DNA of 63,929 bases, counting the filler, from Aduncisulcus paluster (Eukaryota): the NCBI GenBank assembly GCA_024181965.1. It is 9 parts of 9 records of this genome, joined end to end, with 100 filler letters (N's around TTAATTAATTAA, not from the genome) between each part and the next. Parts side by side here need not be neighbours in the genome. Positions count along the whole stretch, not along the records: positions 48,597 to 57,788 come from BQXS01010073.1; positions 57,889 to 62,582 come from BQXS01010075.1; 7 more parts are not named here. One strand, written 5' to 3'. Positions 49,415-59,876 of the stretch are shown here, piece after piece (the stretch's first letter is position 1; every line of letters begins with the position of its first letter). The position numbers were made by a program, and so were the translations under genes. The notes under the pieces are model-generated. The model searched no databases. It was not told the origin of the DNA and worked only from the letters and a program-made list of their open reading frames with translations.

Positions 49415-49530
49415 TTACTCACCGCGTGTTTTCACGATGGTGAATTTTGAACATTCTTTTTGCTTGCTGTCGCTTTGCGACGCATCGCAAATTGAATTTG
49501 TTCTGATTCACAAAGGTTGTGTTGGAAGAT
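49415..49530 (+). ncRNA. Candidate Fanzor omegaRNA scaffold/guide and element right end
   Basis: Cluster of inverted repeats starting 30 nt after the stop codon: TCACC/GGTGA + CGTG/CACG, TTTGCGA/TCGCAAA, GTCGC/GCGAC, GTGAAT/ATTCAC + GAACA/TGTTC. Confidence 0.55.
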
Positions 49531-51386
49531 ATATTCTTATAAATACCCATGTTTCACTCTTAATGGTTATTATGTGTTCTTTTCTTGTCTAATAGTCCTT
49601 GGTATTAAGTTAGAACGTCCTGTAACAATTTGTTTACGAATTATGTGATTTCTCTGTATCTATGCAAAATATCAATATAAAACAACATTTAATTGGCTTG
49701 AATTTATCATTTATTATGATTAAAATATATAAGGCGTCGTCACCTGTGAAAGAAAGAAAGAAAGGAATTTTGCTCAAGATTTAGCCAGAAACTAACGGTA
49801 GGGACATTCTATCCAAGAAAGAAGGAGAAGATCAAACAAATAATACATTTTCATGCAAAGAAAATGGATAAAAACAAATACATAATTGCAAAAGGGAATA
49901 TAGATTAAAAATATAGAAAATAGAAAAAGATGATTCCTAATTCCAAAATATTATCACTTGTGACAAGATAATAGAATGGAAATTGAAACCATTGTGTATT
50001 ATTTTACCATCAGATTTTTCGCTAAGACATAAAGAAAAAAAAAGTGGAAAGGGGCATTACATTGATGGTAATAATAAAAAAAATATAAATATATTTATAT
50101 ATATATATAAAATAAATAATAATAAAAGAATAACGAAGAAAAAAAGATACGCGGTAATGAATAAATATAGAAAATAATTAAAAATTATAATATAAATAAT
50201 AAAAATCCAAGTATCTTCGAGCAACAAACACCATATCATATATGTTTCTTTCTTGAAGCTCTGTGAAATCAATTGGAACAGTATTGAAATACAACAAAAT
50301 GCTACAGTGGAATTGCTCAATTCAAAAAAAAAAAAAAAAAATTAAAATAAAATAAAAAAATATAATATATAGTAAAACTAATATTAAAAGGGAAAATACC
50401 AATTATAACAGATAAATACAGTAGATTTAAAAAGATATAGAAGATAAAAAAGAGGTGCAAAATTCAAAATGTTAAAAAAGGCAAAAAATATCACAAAAAC
50501 AAAACAAAATAAAAAGATAGAATAGAATAATAAATAAAGATGTATTCAATATCAATTAGAAAAAAGATAGAAACTTCCAAATCATTATATCAAAACAAAA
50601 GAAAAGGAAGATGGTTTGTGTAAAAAAAAAAATACAGAATAGTACTACAAAACTGTACTATCTATACTGTACTATAGATAAATAATATTACGAAAACATA
50701 TTTTTGGATATTACAAAAACCGAAGAATTTAACGATTTGGTTTTGAAATAATAAAAATAGAAAATAAATACTATTTATAGATATAAAATAATTAGATCAT
50801 CTGCCTACCAAATTTTTTTTTAAAAAAAAAAACTTTAAAACTTGATGAAAATTAATGAAAAAATGATCTTGAAAACAAAAAAATAAGAGAGAAGAGAGAG
50901 AAGAGAAAGAAAGAGGTGAATACAGTTGTGTGTCCGGCGAAACATGTCATAAATATCGTAAAAATAAAAAAAGAAAAACTAATTTTTTGTTCCTAAATAT
51001 TATTATTGAAGAATTTTAACTTACATCTTTCCATCATGTTCTACAATCCAAAAGTTAATAAAAATAAAAATATAATATAATAATAAACCTAGAATCGTTG
51101 TTTGATAATAGTAATAGTTTTTGATGATCGAGTTACAAGAATAACAATAATAAATATATATATAAAATATAATATAAATAAATAATATAAAGAGGAGAAA
51201 AATTATAAATGTTTAAAAATAATGATTTATATTTATATAAATATATATATATATCTACATGTGTGTGCTAAAAAAAAAAAAAAAAAAAGAATTTTAGATC
51301 CCTTCAATGACATTTATAAGTCTTCAATCTTCATCACCCATTACTATTCAATGCACTACCTAAAGAATCAATATATTAGAATGGTA

Positions 51387-54300
51387 CTATTCGTCACTGA
51401 GAGAAGATGATGTCATGCTGCTTACGGTGACTCCAGATTCCTCGGTGGTAGCGTGACTTGTGTGAGGGGTTGTCTTAGACCACAGGGGGAGAGAAGGAAG
51501 AGTGAAATCCAATTCCTCACCTTCACGATGATAATGCTGAAAATGATGCGAAGGAAGATGAGGAGGCCAATGTTGTTGTTGGGCAACACGTGACATACCG
51601 GTTGGTTGGGCTGAATCGAGATGGATACCTTCATGGGATACAGATGAATATGAAGATGGAGCAGAGGTAGAGCCATGGGGCGGAGGGCGGTGTGCAGATA
51701 TGGGAGGATAATCTGTCGTATGTGAGGAATCGTGATACATGAAGCTAAAAGCAGGATTTCCTTCAGGGACGGACAGGGAGGTCTGGGAAGAAGCAGAGGA
51801 ATGTGAAGTCTGTGCTTGGTGGGGAGAGACATAGACCTTTCCATGTTGATGTACTGAACTATACTTATCGGGACTTTCAAAGGGTTGCTTACTTATTCCA
51901 GAATGATGAGAATGAGACTGTGCTTGACCGGAAGAGGGATGGAGAGAAGAAGAACCGGCTGAAAGTTGTGAATTACCGACATGTTTTTGGACGGCAGCTG
52001 TGTCTGAAGGAGAGATGGGCTTATGTTGATGATCGGAAGAGATATAGTGATGTTGATGTTGAGCCTCAGACGGATCTGAGGAAGAGAGTGAAGACCCATG
52101 GCCCTGGTGGGGTGGCTGTGGTGCCATAGAATGTGAATAAGCAGACGTGAAGCTGCTTGTGGCGTCACTGCTGAATCGTCGAAGGGCAAAGCCTTGGGAC
52201 GGATGTAAGAGGGCTGGGTTGGATAACGAAGGAGATACAGATCTTGGTTCACACGAGAATGAACCACGGTGTTCGGGATGAATGAGCATATGGCGATTGG
52301 ACACGGCTGAGTGAGTGACGGCTCCAGAGCGATTACCAGCCATGGATCCGGGAGGGGGATTACTGCTAACGCCAATAGATGCAATGTGAAGGGCTAGTTC
52401 GTCCTCATCACAACCAGATGAATCGAAACGTGGGTGAGAGAGATGACTTGGTACATGAAATCCATCAGATGTCAGATCAGCCGAATGAGAGAGAGGAACG
52501 GAGGGTGGGCCATACTCCAGGTGGCCGTGTAACATGGCGGATGGGTGTCCACGCACAGAGGAAGGCGCAGAGCTAAGAGCTGAGGAGGCTATCGACCTTG
52601 TTGAGGCGGGGTTGGATGACCTAGCAGTTAAGGAGGGTGATCTTCGCGACACACCATCGGATTGTTGCATTTGAAGGTCTCTGAAACGACTCAATTGTGC
52701 CATGGAATAAGCTGAAAGATGGGGAATTGAATCATACGAAGTGATATTCATTCCTCCATCAGGAGTGTGCCCAGAAACACTAGATGTGCTGGGTGGCGGG
52801 TGTTGTACAGAGGCAGTTGTTTGCATAGATGAGGAAGATCCGGAGCCTGAAACACGAGCAGATGATACACCGCCAGCAGCACTGCCTGATGAAGGGGAAG
52901 AGGCAGAGGTACTTGTCACATAAGCACCTTGACTCGTGGTGTGTTGCAGAGGCACATTTGTAGCTTGACGCCTCGCAGAGTATATTTCTCGATGAGGTGA
53001 TTGCAGATCAGCGTAAGGAATCCATCCAGTAGGGAGGGAATCCATGGCGATGGGGGGATACCCGTCGAAGGAGAAAGGTTCTTTAAACTCAGGAAACATT
53101 GGCTGCCTGCCATACAGCGCTGGGTGGGGATGGGAACTCATGGAGGAAGAATGGTTCCGAAGCTGTGGAACAGTTGCACCGGACGACAAACCTGAGAATG
53201 TGGGTGTGGACTCCGAATTGGAAGAGCTGTGGACAGACGAGGTGGAAGGAGAGGAAAGGGAATGATGAGACTGTGATTCTTGTTGTTGAGGACAGGAAGA
53301 GATGGGGGTGGGGGCAACAGGTTGAGGATGCATGTGAATACGGACAGAGGGTTGGGGAGCTTGTTGACCACCAGAAGGATATCCACCAGAAGAAGAAGAA
53401 TACGGTGTTTGTTGATAACCATGACTCGAAAAAGAACGACGAATCTCAGACTTCTCAGGCCCGGAGATATGTCGATCTCCAGTTGGTGAAGAATGGTCAT
53501 AATACAGTCGATCAACTGATTCAGAATGAGAAATATGGGCTCTTCCATCCAACGAAGAAGAAGAGTGCATTGGAACTCTGGTTCTAGCAGAGATAGAAGA
53601 TGAATGGATCAAAGAAGGATGTGAAGGCATGTGACTGCGACCATGCTGCTGGAAATGATGATCTAAATGATGATATGACCGAGATCTTATGGATTGGGGG
53701 TCGGAGGAGAAGGATGAGGGAGCAGAAAGAGGATGTTGGATGGAGGGTCTGTCTCCAGACGCATTCACGTGATGTGGGAAGGGTTGGCTGGATAATTCCT
53801 TTTCAATATTCGACGAATACCGCAAAGACTCAGGTTCAACTCTCATCTCACCGCCCTTAGAACTAGTAGAGTGATCTGACTGTCCAGGAGGATGAACAAC
53901 CACAACTGAAGATTCATCAGGATCAATGCAACGGCCTTTATAAATATAGCTATTTTTAGGTTTTGTAGGGAGTGTAAGTTCCAGTGAAATTGGAAGAATT
54001 TCTTTTCTGGGGCCAATTTCAAGGAAAGGGAAAGTATATCCATTTACAAATTTATAACAATCGGTGTTTCTTTCAATTTGCTCTTGGATATGTTTGGAAA
54101 AACGAATGATTCCGAGAGCTTTTGAATGTTGAATCGTATTCACAAAAGAATCGTATAAATGGGGGGCAACACACATCGGAAGATCAAGGATCGGTTCAAA
54201 TTTAAATTCTATCCTCTTTGTATGGTACCAAGAATGATCTGGGACAGCAGTGCGCTTGGCTGATTCACATCCAAGGCGATAAGATTCGAGCATTTGATCG

Positions 54301-54470
54301 TGCAGGAGATATATTGCATTCAATTCTTCCAAAAAACTAAAATAATCAACAAAACAATATCTATCGTATGCATTATATACAACAAGAGCAATCCTTCCAT
54401 ATTGACTAGCTATTGAATATAAGTGAGAATTTGATACCACAGGGGGTAGGTTGTGAATAAAAACAGTCAT
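51387..54470 (-). CDS. RRM protein with a long S/H/P-rich disordered tail
   Basis: RNP2 VFIHNLP and RNP1-like RYCFVDY at the N-terminus of a 1027-aa ORF. Confidence 0.75.
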   Translation of the reverse strand: MTVFIHNLPPVVSNSHLYSIASQYGRIALVVYNAYDRYCFVDYFSFLEELNAIYLLHDQMLESYRLGCESAKRTAVPDHSWYHTKRIEFKFEPILDLPMCVAPHLYDSFVNTIQHSKALGIIRFSKHIQEQIERNTDCYKFVNGYTFPFLEIGPRKEILPISLELTLPTKPKNSYIYKGRCIDPDESSVVVVHPPGQSDHSTSSKGGEMRVEPESLRYSSNIEKELSSQPFPHHVNASGDRPSIQHPLSAPSSFSSDPQSIRSRSYHHLDHHFQQHGRSHMPSHPSLIHSSSISARTRVPMHSSSSLDGRAHISHSESVDRLYYDHSSPTGDRHISGPEKSEIRRSFSSHGYQQTPYSSSSGGYPSGGQQAPQPSVRIHMHPQPVAPTPISSCPQQQESQSHHSLSSPSTSSVHSSSNSESTPTFSGLSSGATVPQLRNHSSSMSSHPHPALYGRQPMFPEFKEPFSFDGYPPIAMDSLPTGWIPYADLQSPHREIYSARRQATNVPLQHTTSQGAYVTSTSASSPSSGSAAGGVSSARVSGSGSSSSMQTTASVQHPPPSTSSVSGHTPDGGMNITSYDSIPHLSAYSMAQLSRFRDLQMQQSDGVSRRSPSLTARSSNPASTRSIASSALSSAPSSVRGHPSAMLHGHLEYGPPSVPLSHSADLTSDGFHVPSHLSHPRFDSSGCDEDELALHIASIGVSSNPPPGSMAGNRSGAVTHSAVSNRHMLIHPEHRGSFSCEPRSVSPSLSNPALLHPSQGFALRRFSSDATSSFTSAYSHSMAPQPPHQGHGSSLSSSDPSEAQHQHHYISSDHQHKPISPSDTAAVQKHVGNSQLSAGSSSLHPSSGQAQSHSHHSGISKQPFESPDKYSSVHQHGKVYVSPHQAQTSHSSASSQTSLSVPEGNPAFSFMYHDSSHTTDYPPISAHRPPPHGSTSAPSSYSSVSHEGIHLDSAQPTGMSRVAQQQHWPPHLPSHHFQHYHREGEELDFTLPSLPLWSKTTPHTSHATTEESGVTVSSMTSSSLSDE

Positions 54471-54801
54471 AAAACCCGAAAGAAAAAGGAATCAAATTTG
54501 AAAACAAGATATCAACAACAAGTTCAGAAATCGACTGAATCGCATCTTGACTTGGGGTGCGTCAAATATAAAATATTGTGTTATTATCGAATATGTATTT
54601 GCTAAACTATTGTCTATTCAACTTTTTACCCTGCAAATTGATGGAATAAGGCCCTAGAAAAAAAGTTTCTCTTTTGTGAATGAATCTGAAACATCCATTA
54701 TTTTGCAAGTTCTATTTTTTACGTAACATATAATTTATTATCTTTTTTGGCCATTTATTTTATCATTACTATTTTGCTCACGAAATTGCTGAGTTTAAAA
54801 A

Positions 54802-56747
54802 ATGCCTGTGTATTCGACAACACAAAAACATTCAAAACATGATACAGTAATATCATCTGCTGCTTTTCAACAACATTTGGCCCTTAAAATGGGTATAAAA
54901 CAAAGGAAATTGGTGAGAAAACCCATCAATGGAATTTCTGTGTCTAAAAAAGGAACCATCATCTCTAGGCTACCAAAATCACAAAAATCTTCCTATTTCT
55001 CTGCCTCTCTTAGGTCAAAGTTACCATCAATATCTGATAAATCTCTTTTGGCTCCTTCAAAATTTGAATCGAGAGAGGTAGCAAGGAAGAAAAGGGAAAT
55101 ATATGAATCAAGCCTTACACTGGCCCAAAAAATGTCCCTTGTACCCCGTCCAGCTCCGCTTCTTACAGCGACTCAATGGGATGCAGTTCTTCTCACCTTC
55201 AAGAAGCGTTGTGATAGATATTGTTCTATTTGTCTGTGTAAATATCGATCTAAGACTCAAATTGTTTTACCTTGCTCACATTCCTTCCATTTAAAATGTC
55301 TTTCTCAGTTTGAACGTATCGTTTCCGTTCGCCAGTGCCCATTGTGTAGAGCCGATTATGCAGAGATGAAAGAAGTCGATATAGGGAGGGAACTGTGGCA
55401 TTCTGAGGCCATTTTAATCGCTCAATCGGCGATTCGGCGACACTTAGCTATCAAGAAGGTCAATGCCATTCGTCGCTTCAGAGCTGATGGAGGCAAAAGT
55501 ACATTTGAAAAAATGTTTCGGATTTGTAAATCAATAACCTCGATGATGGATCAAACCGACAAAGAGGTTCAGAAAGAACTTGATGCTGCTGAAGCTGTTG
55601 GCTTGGGCATTGATACGACCGCGCTTGATATTGAAAGAATGATGGGAGAACGACAACAGGCTTTGAAAGATATGTATGATAGCCGAAAAAGAGCATTTGA
55701 GGAATCTGGGATTCCAATGAGTTCGGAGGAAGAGGAATGGCTTAAAAAATCTGAAGCAGAATGGTGGAAGAAAGAAATGAAACGGAGATCGAAAGAAAGA
55801 GAGAGGAAATCTTTCCAATATTCCTCCTATCCTTCACATTTACATCATTCAACTATCAGTGGAGCAATTCGGGATATTGTCAAACATGGAACATCAGAAA
55901 TGAAAGCAAATGGATCGAGTTTGTTATTGAAAGATGATTCCTCTCTCTCAAAACGATTACTCTCCTCTTCTATTTCAGATATTTCTTTGGCTTTTCCTTT
56001 CTTTTCCCCCTCGAGCAGTTATCCTCTCCCTCACCCTCCGTTCCCTTCGTCTCTCCCACATCCATCATCTTTCATTTCGACTGCTTTGCGTCGAGGTGGG
56101 TGCGATTGTCCTGTGTGTCTTGAAAAGATTGAGTNNNNNNNNNNNNNNNNNNNNAAGCAAATGGATCGAGTTTGTTATTGAAAGATGATTCCTCTCTCTC
56201 AAAACGATTACTCTCCTCTTCTATTTCAGATATTTCTTTGGCTTTTCCTTTCTTTTCCCCCTCGAGCAGTTATCCTCTCCCTCACCCTCCGTTCCCTTCG
56301 TCTCTCCCACATCCATCATCTTTCATTTCGACTGCTTTGCGTCGAGGTGGGTGCGATTGTCCTGTGTGTCTTGAAAAGATTGAGTTGAAACGTGATTGTA
56401 TGTTTATTGGTGGGTGTGTTAGTGGGATGATGCCAACCCTCAAACCCTCATCACATTCATCACAATCATTGACCCAAACCCAAGTAGAAGATACCCCAGA
56501 GCAATCGTCAATCGCTTCAGAACATGTCGTTTATGAAACAATTTATCCTGGAATAGCTCTTGCTCAAAAGTTCCAAATGGGTCTTTCCTCTCGTAATACA
56601 CTTATTATTCTATCGTGTGGGCATTTCCTCCATTCTAAATGTATCGTATCGATTGAAGAATTCATTCGACGAGATGCCAGAGAAATGAACTGTCCAGTTT
56701 GCCGGAAAAAGGATTATTCTGCGATTCTTGTTAAAAATCCCGAATGA
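54802..56747 (+). CDS. RNF32: RNF32-like protein (RING-H2, IQ-like motif, second RING-H2)
   Basis: LTLAQKMSLVP.P..L...W precedes RING1 (CSIC...LPCSHSFHLKCL...CPLCR). IQ-like AQSAIRRHL. RING2 is split by an insertion (CPVC...LSCGHFLHSKC...CPVCR). Spans the duplicated gap 56135-56154. Confidence 0.85.
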
Positions 56748-57308
56748 TGAACGTTTTTCAATTTATTTATTTTGATATTTCCATTATTTCCAGGGGTGGT
56801 GCTCAAGACAATTTGGCAAATACTCTTTGCCTTGTCTGAAGCTCTCGTTTAGAGCTTACTACTGGACTATACTATAGTACAGTAGTACTGTAAATCCTTG
56901 GGACTTTTTTATCTGATTATTCTGTGAAATAACTACGAGATGGATTCCCAAAGTCAGATCTATCATTGGTGAAACATTTTTTACTCATAAATGATGGAAT
57001 CAAATTTGAGGAAATATTCTGAATTGTCGGCTGAAAGAATGATAGAAGAAATATATATATGGGCTGCTAAGAAGTAGAAATCAGTTAATATGTATTAACT
57101 TAATACAAAGCAGAGAAAGGGCAAAAATAATATCGAAATATTTTCGAGTTTTGATTTTTTTTTTCACGAGAAAATAAATGAATCTCAGGATTACAGAAGA
57201 ATTAAAGGGAAAGATAAAATATAAAATCTCAAAAAAAAAAAAAACTTCTATCATGAGGGTATCAATGACAAAAATAAAAAAAGAAAACAAAACATTCGCC
57301 ATTTCTCA

Positions 57309-57788
57309 TTATTCCCGCTTATGATCGGCTGTAATGTCTAAAGAGATTGATACGACGGCATGGTCACTCGCTGGTGGGTATGATACTTCATAACGAACAA
57401 CATCAATGGAAGCGCTACAGGGACACAAGAATGCATAATCAATTCGAGTGTGGAAACGTGACGTATGGCTAACTTTGCCAGGGGTTCTAGCATCCTTCAT
57501 TTCACCTTCCTTGGACTCAACGCAATAATACAGACTGTCTCGGTAACCAGCAGACTCAAGCCAGGACGCCACAGCACTTCTTGGACACTCCCAGTTACCA
57601 ACAGAGCGAACACGCCTGATATCACGCCATTGAACAGGAGTGTAATCACGCTGGGACAAACAATTGAAGTCGCCAATGACCACACCGGGTAAAATATCAA
57701 CGCAATCGCCAGTAATTGAATCTGACACTTTCTCAGCAAGATCACTGACGCCTTCTGCGAATAATTGAGCTTTTAAATCCTCAACTTT
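57309..57788 (-). CDS. Endonuclease/exonuclease/phosphatase (EEP) family protein, C-terminal part
   Basis: Motifs GDFN, RIDY and SDH. The frame runs to the contig edge. Confidence 0.8.
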   Translation of the reverse strand, partial: KVEDLKAQLFAEGVSDLAEKVSDSITGDCVDILPGVVIGDFNCLSQRDYTPVQWRDIRRVRSVGNWECPRSAVASWLESAGYRDSLYYCVESKEGEMKDARTPGKVSHTSRFHTRIDYAFLCPCSASIDVVRYEVSYPPASDHAVVSISLDITADHKRE

Positions 57789-57888
57789 NNNNNNNNNNNN
57801 NNNNNNNNNNNNNNNNNNNNNNNNNNNNNNNNTTAATTAATTAANNNNNNNNNNNNNNNNNNNNNNNNNNNNNNNNNNNNNNNNNNNN

Positions 57889-59271
57889 ACTGCATTCCCG
57901 AATGGATTGGCAAGAACCATCTGGTTCATCTCCAAAATCCCTGTCAACATCTTCTGCCCCTTCCTCAAAAGAACTGCCCTTCTTTCCAATGTTAAAGGAC
58001 TGTTTTGAAGAAGGTCCTGCCGATGCTTTCGATGTATGAGCTTGGTGTGGGCCAGTGACTGGACCAGGTTGATCTTGTGTTATGGATGGAACAGAACCCG
58101 ATGCTGAGCCTGTTGTTCCATGTTCCGATGGGCAAATAATGCGAGGGGCAGTATCATAAACTCTCGGCGTATCGATTCTGTCCTCTCCGCTGTAGTGTTC
58201 GCCAGACTGAGATGAGTGTGATGGTGCAATCTCGAGGGGAGCAGAAGTCATCATCTGCTTGGTTGAAGCAGCAACGAGACTGCAGACCACGCCTGGAATT
58301 GTTGATTGGTGATGGTGTTGTTGCCGATGATGGATGTGCTGATATCTCGAAGAACCAGGTTGAGATGCGAGACGAGGATGATCCTTGATATCAGTGCGAA
58401 TTGGGGCGGATTGATCATGAGAATAAGAAGTATGAGAAGAATGTTGCGGTTGACTCGGAAAAGATGAAGAAGGGCCGATGGAAGTAGGAGAACCACTTCC
58501 AGAGAGAGAAGAAGGAGTGGATGCAGCTTGAGAGCCTGGATATGAATGGATTCCAGAATATTCTCCATGAATAGAGGAGAAATGAGCGGAAGATGAAAAT
58601 GAATCTTGTTTATAATATTTTTGAGGTTTTCTAGATGATTTTCTCCATGAATACTGCGTGTCTTGCCATTTTCGATAAGATTCAGAACCTTTATGTGTCG
58701 AACGAGGATTAGATCTTTGAAAAGATTCAGATTTTATCATCATTGCAGAAATACATGGAGAGCCTGCAAAAGATGTTCCATTGATATTGGATATGCAGTG
58801 AATACATTCTTTTGTTGATGCAAACCTCACAAACATCTTTTTAGAACGTGAATTGGAATCTTGCGGCCCATAGTCAATAACGCTGGAAATTCTAACGCCC
58901 AATCTCATTAAATCCTCACAAAACGCATCTTTTGAAAGTTGAATTGGCAAATTATGAAAAAATGCATCGGTTGAAGGGGGAACAGCTTCAAATGCCCACA
59001 TTAATACAAAATGATTGACTTGATTTGGAATAGTAAATGGAACTGTCCGAAAACTATGATGTACATATTCTAAAGCTCGCCGAGCCTCAGAAGAAGACTG
59101 AAAATTGAGAAAAGCCGAAGAAGTATCAGAATAATGATATCTAGGACTCTTTTTGTTCTTAAACATAGTTATACGATCAATTTCGAATCGACTATCCCGG
59201 AAAGCGGCTCGAATATCTGCTTCAGTAACGCTACAATCAAGTTTATCAATGTATAGGGATTCGGCTGACAT
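57889..59271 (-). CDS. Two-RRM RNA-binding protein, 3'-truncated
   Basis: LYIDKL...SAFLNF and AFFHNLP...MFVRF, then an S/H/Q-rich tail. Confidence 0.75.
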
Positions 59272-59876
59272 ATGATGGAAATATAATATGGGAAAATAAG
59301 GATATGTGAATAAATTATGTTCGAATAGTCGGGTATTTCAACCCAAATGGCAAGAAAAACTCGAATAAAGCACCGATTTTCATTTTGCAAAGATCTATGT
59401 TATTCTTGTGTTTTATATTCCAAAAACTAAAATAGATTAACTTTTTCAAAAATATTTAATTTTATTTTGGTAAGATTTCCGTTGAATATAATCAAACAAC
59501 ATAACTTATGACCTTGAAGGTCAGATCAGCACAAGTATTTTCCAAAAATAAACATAAAGGATATCTAAAATTAAAGNNNNNNNNNNNNNNNNNNNNTTGC
59601 AAAGATCTATGTTATTCTTGTGTTTTATATTCCAAAAACTAAAATAGATTAACTTTTTCAAAAATATTTAATTTTATTTTGGTAAGATTTCCGTTGAATA
59701 TAATCAAACAACATAACTTATGACCTTGAAGGTCAGATCAGCACAAGTATTTTCCAAAAATAAACATAAAGGATATCTAAAATTAAAGCGTTTAGATAAA
59801 ATTGAAAAAAGAAATCGAAAAAGAGCATGGTTCAACAATTGATTTAATGAATTACAGAAGAATCTAAAAAAAATCA

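Noticed and set aside
49700-51380. Very A-rich 1.7-kb stretch with small ORFs
   Set aside because: Low-complexity intergenic or 3' UTR sequence with no periodic repeat-spacer structure or coding signal.
57309-57788. EEP domain considered as the endonuclease of a non-LTR retrotransposon
   Set aside because: The ORF stops right after the SDH motif with no downstream reverse transcriptase, which fits a stand-alone cellular EEP enzyme.
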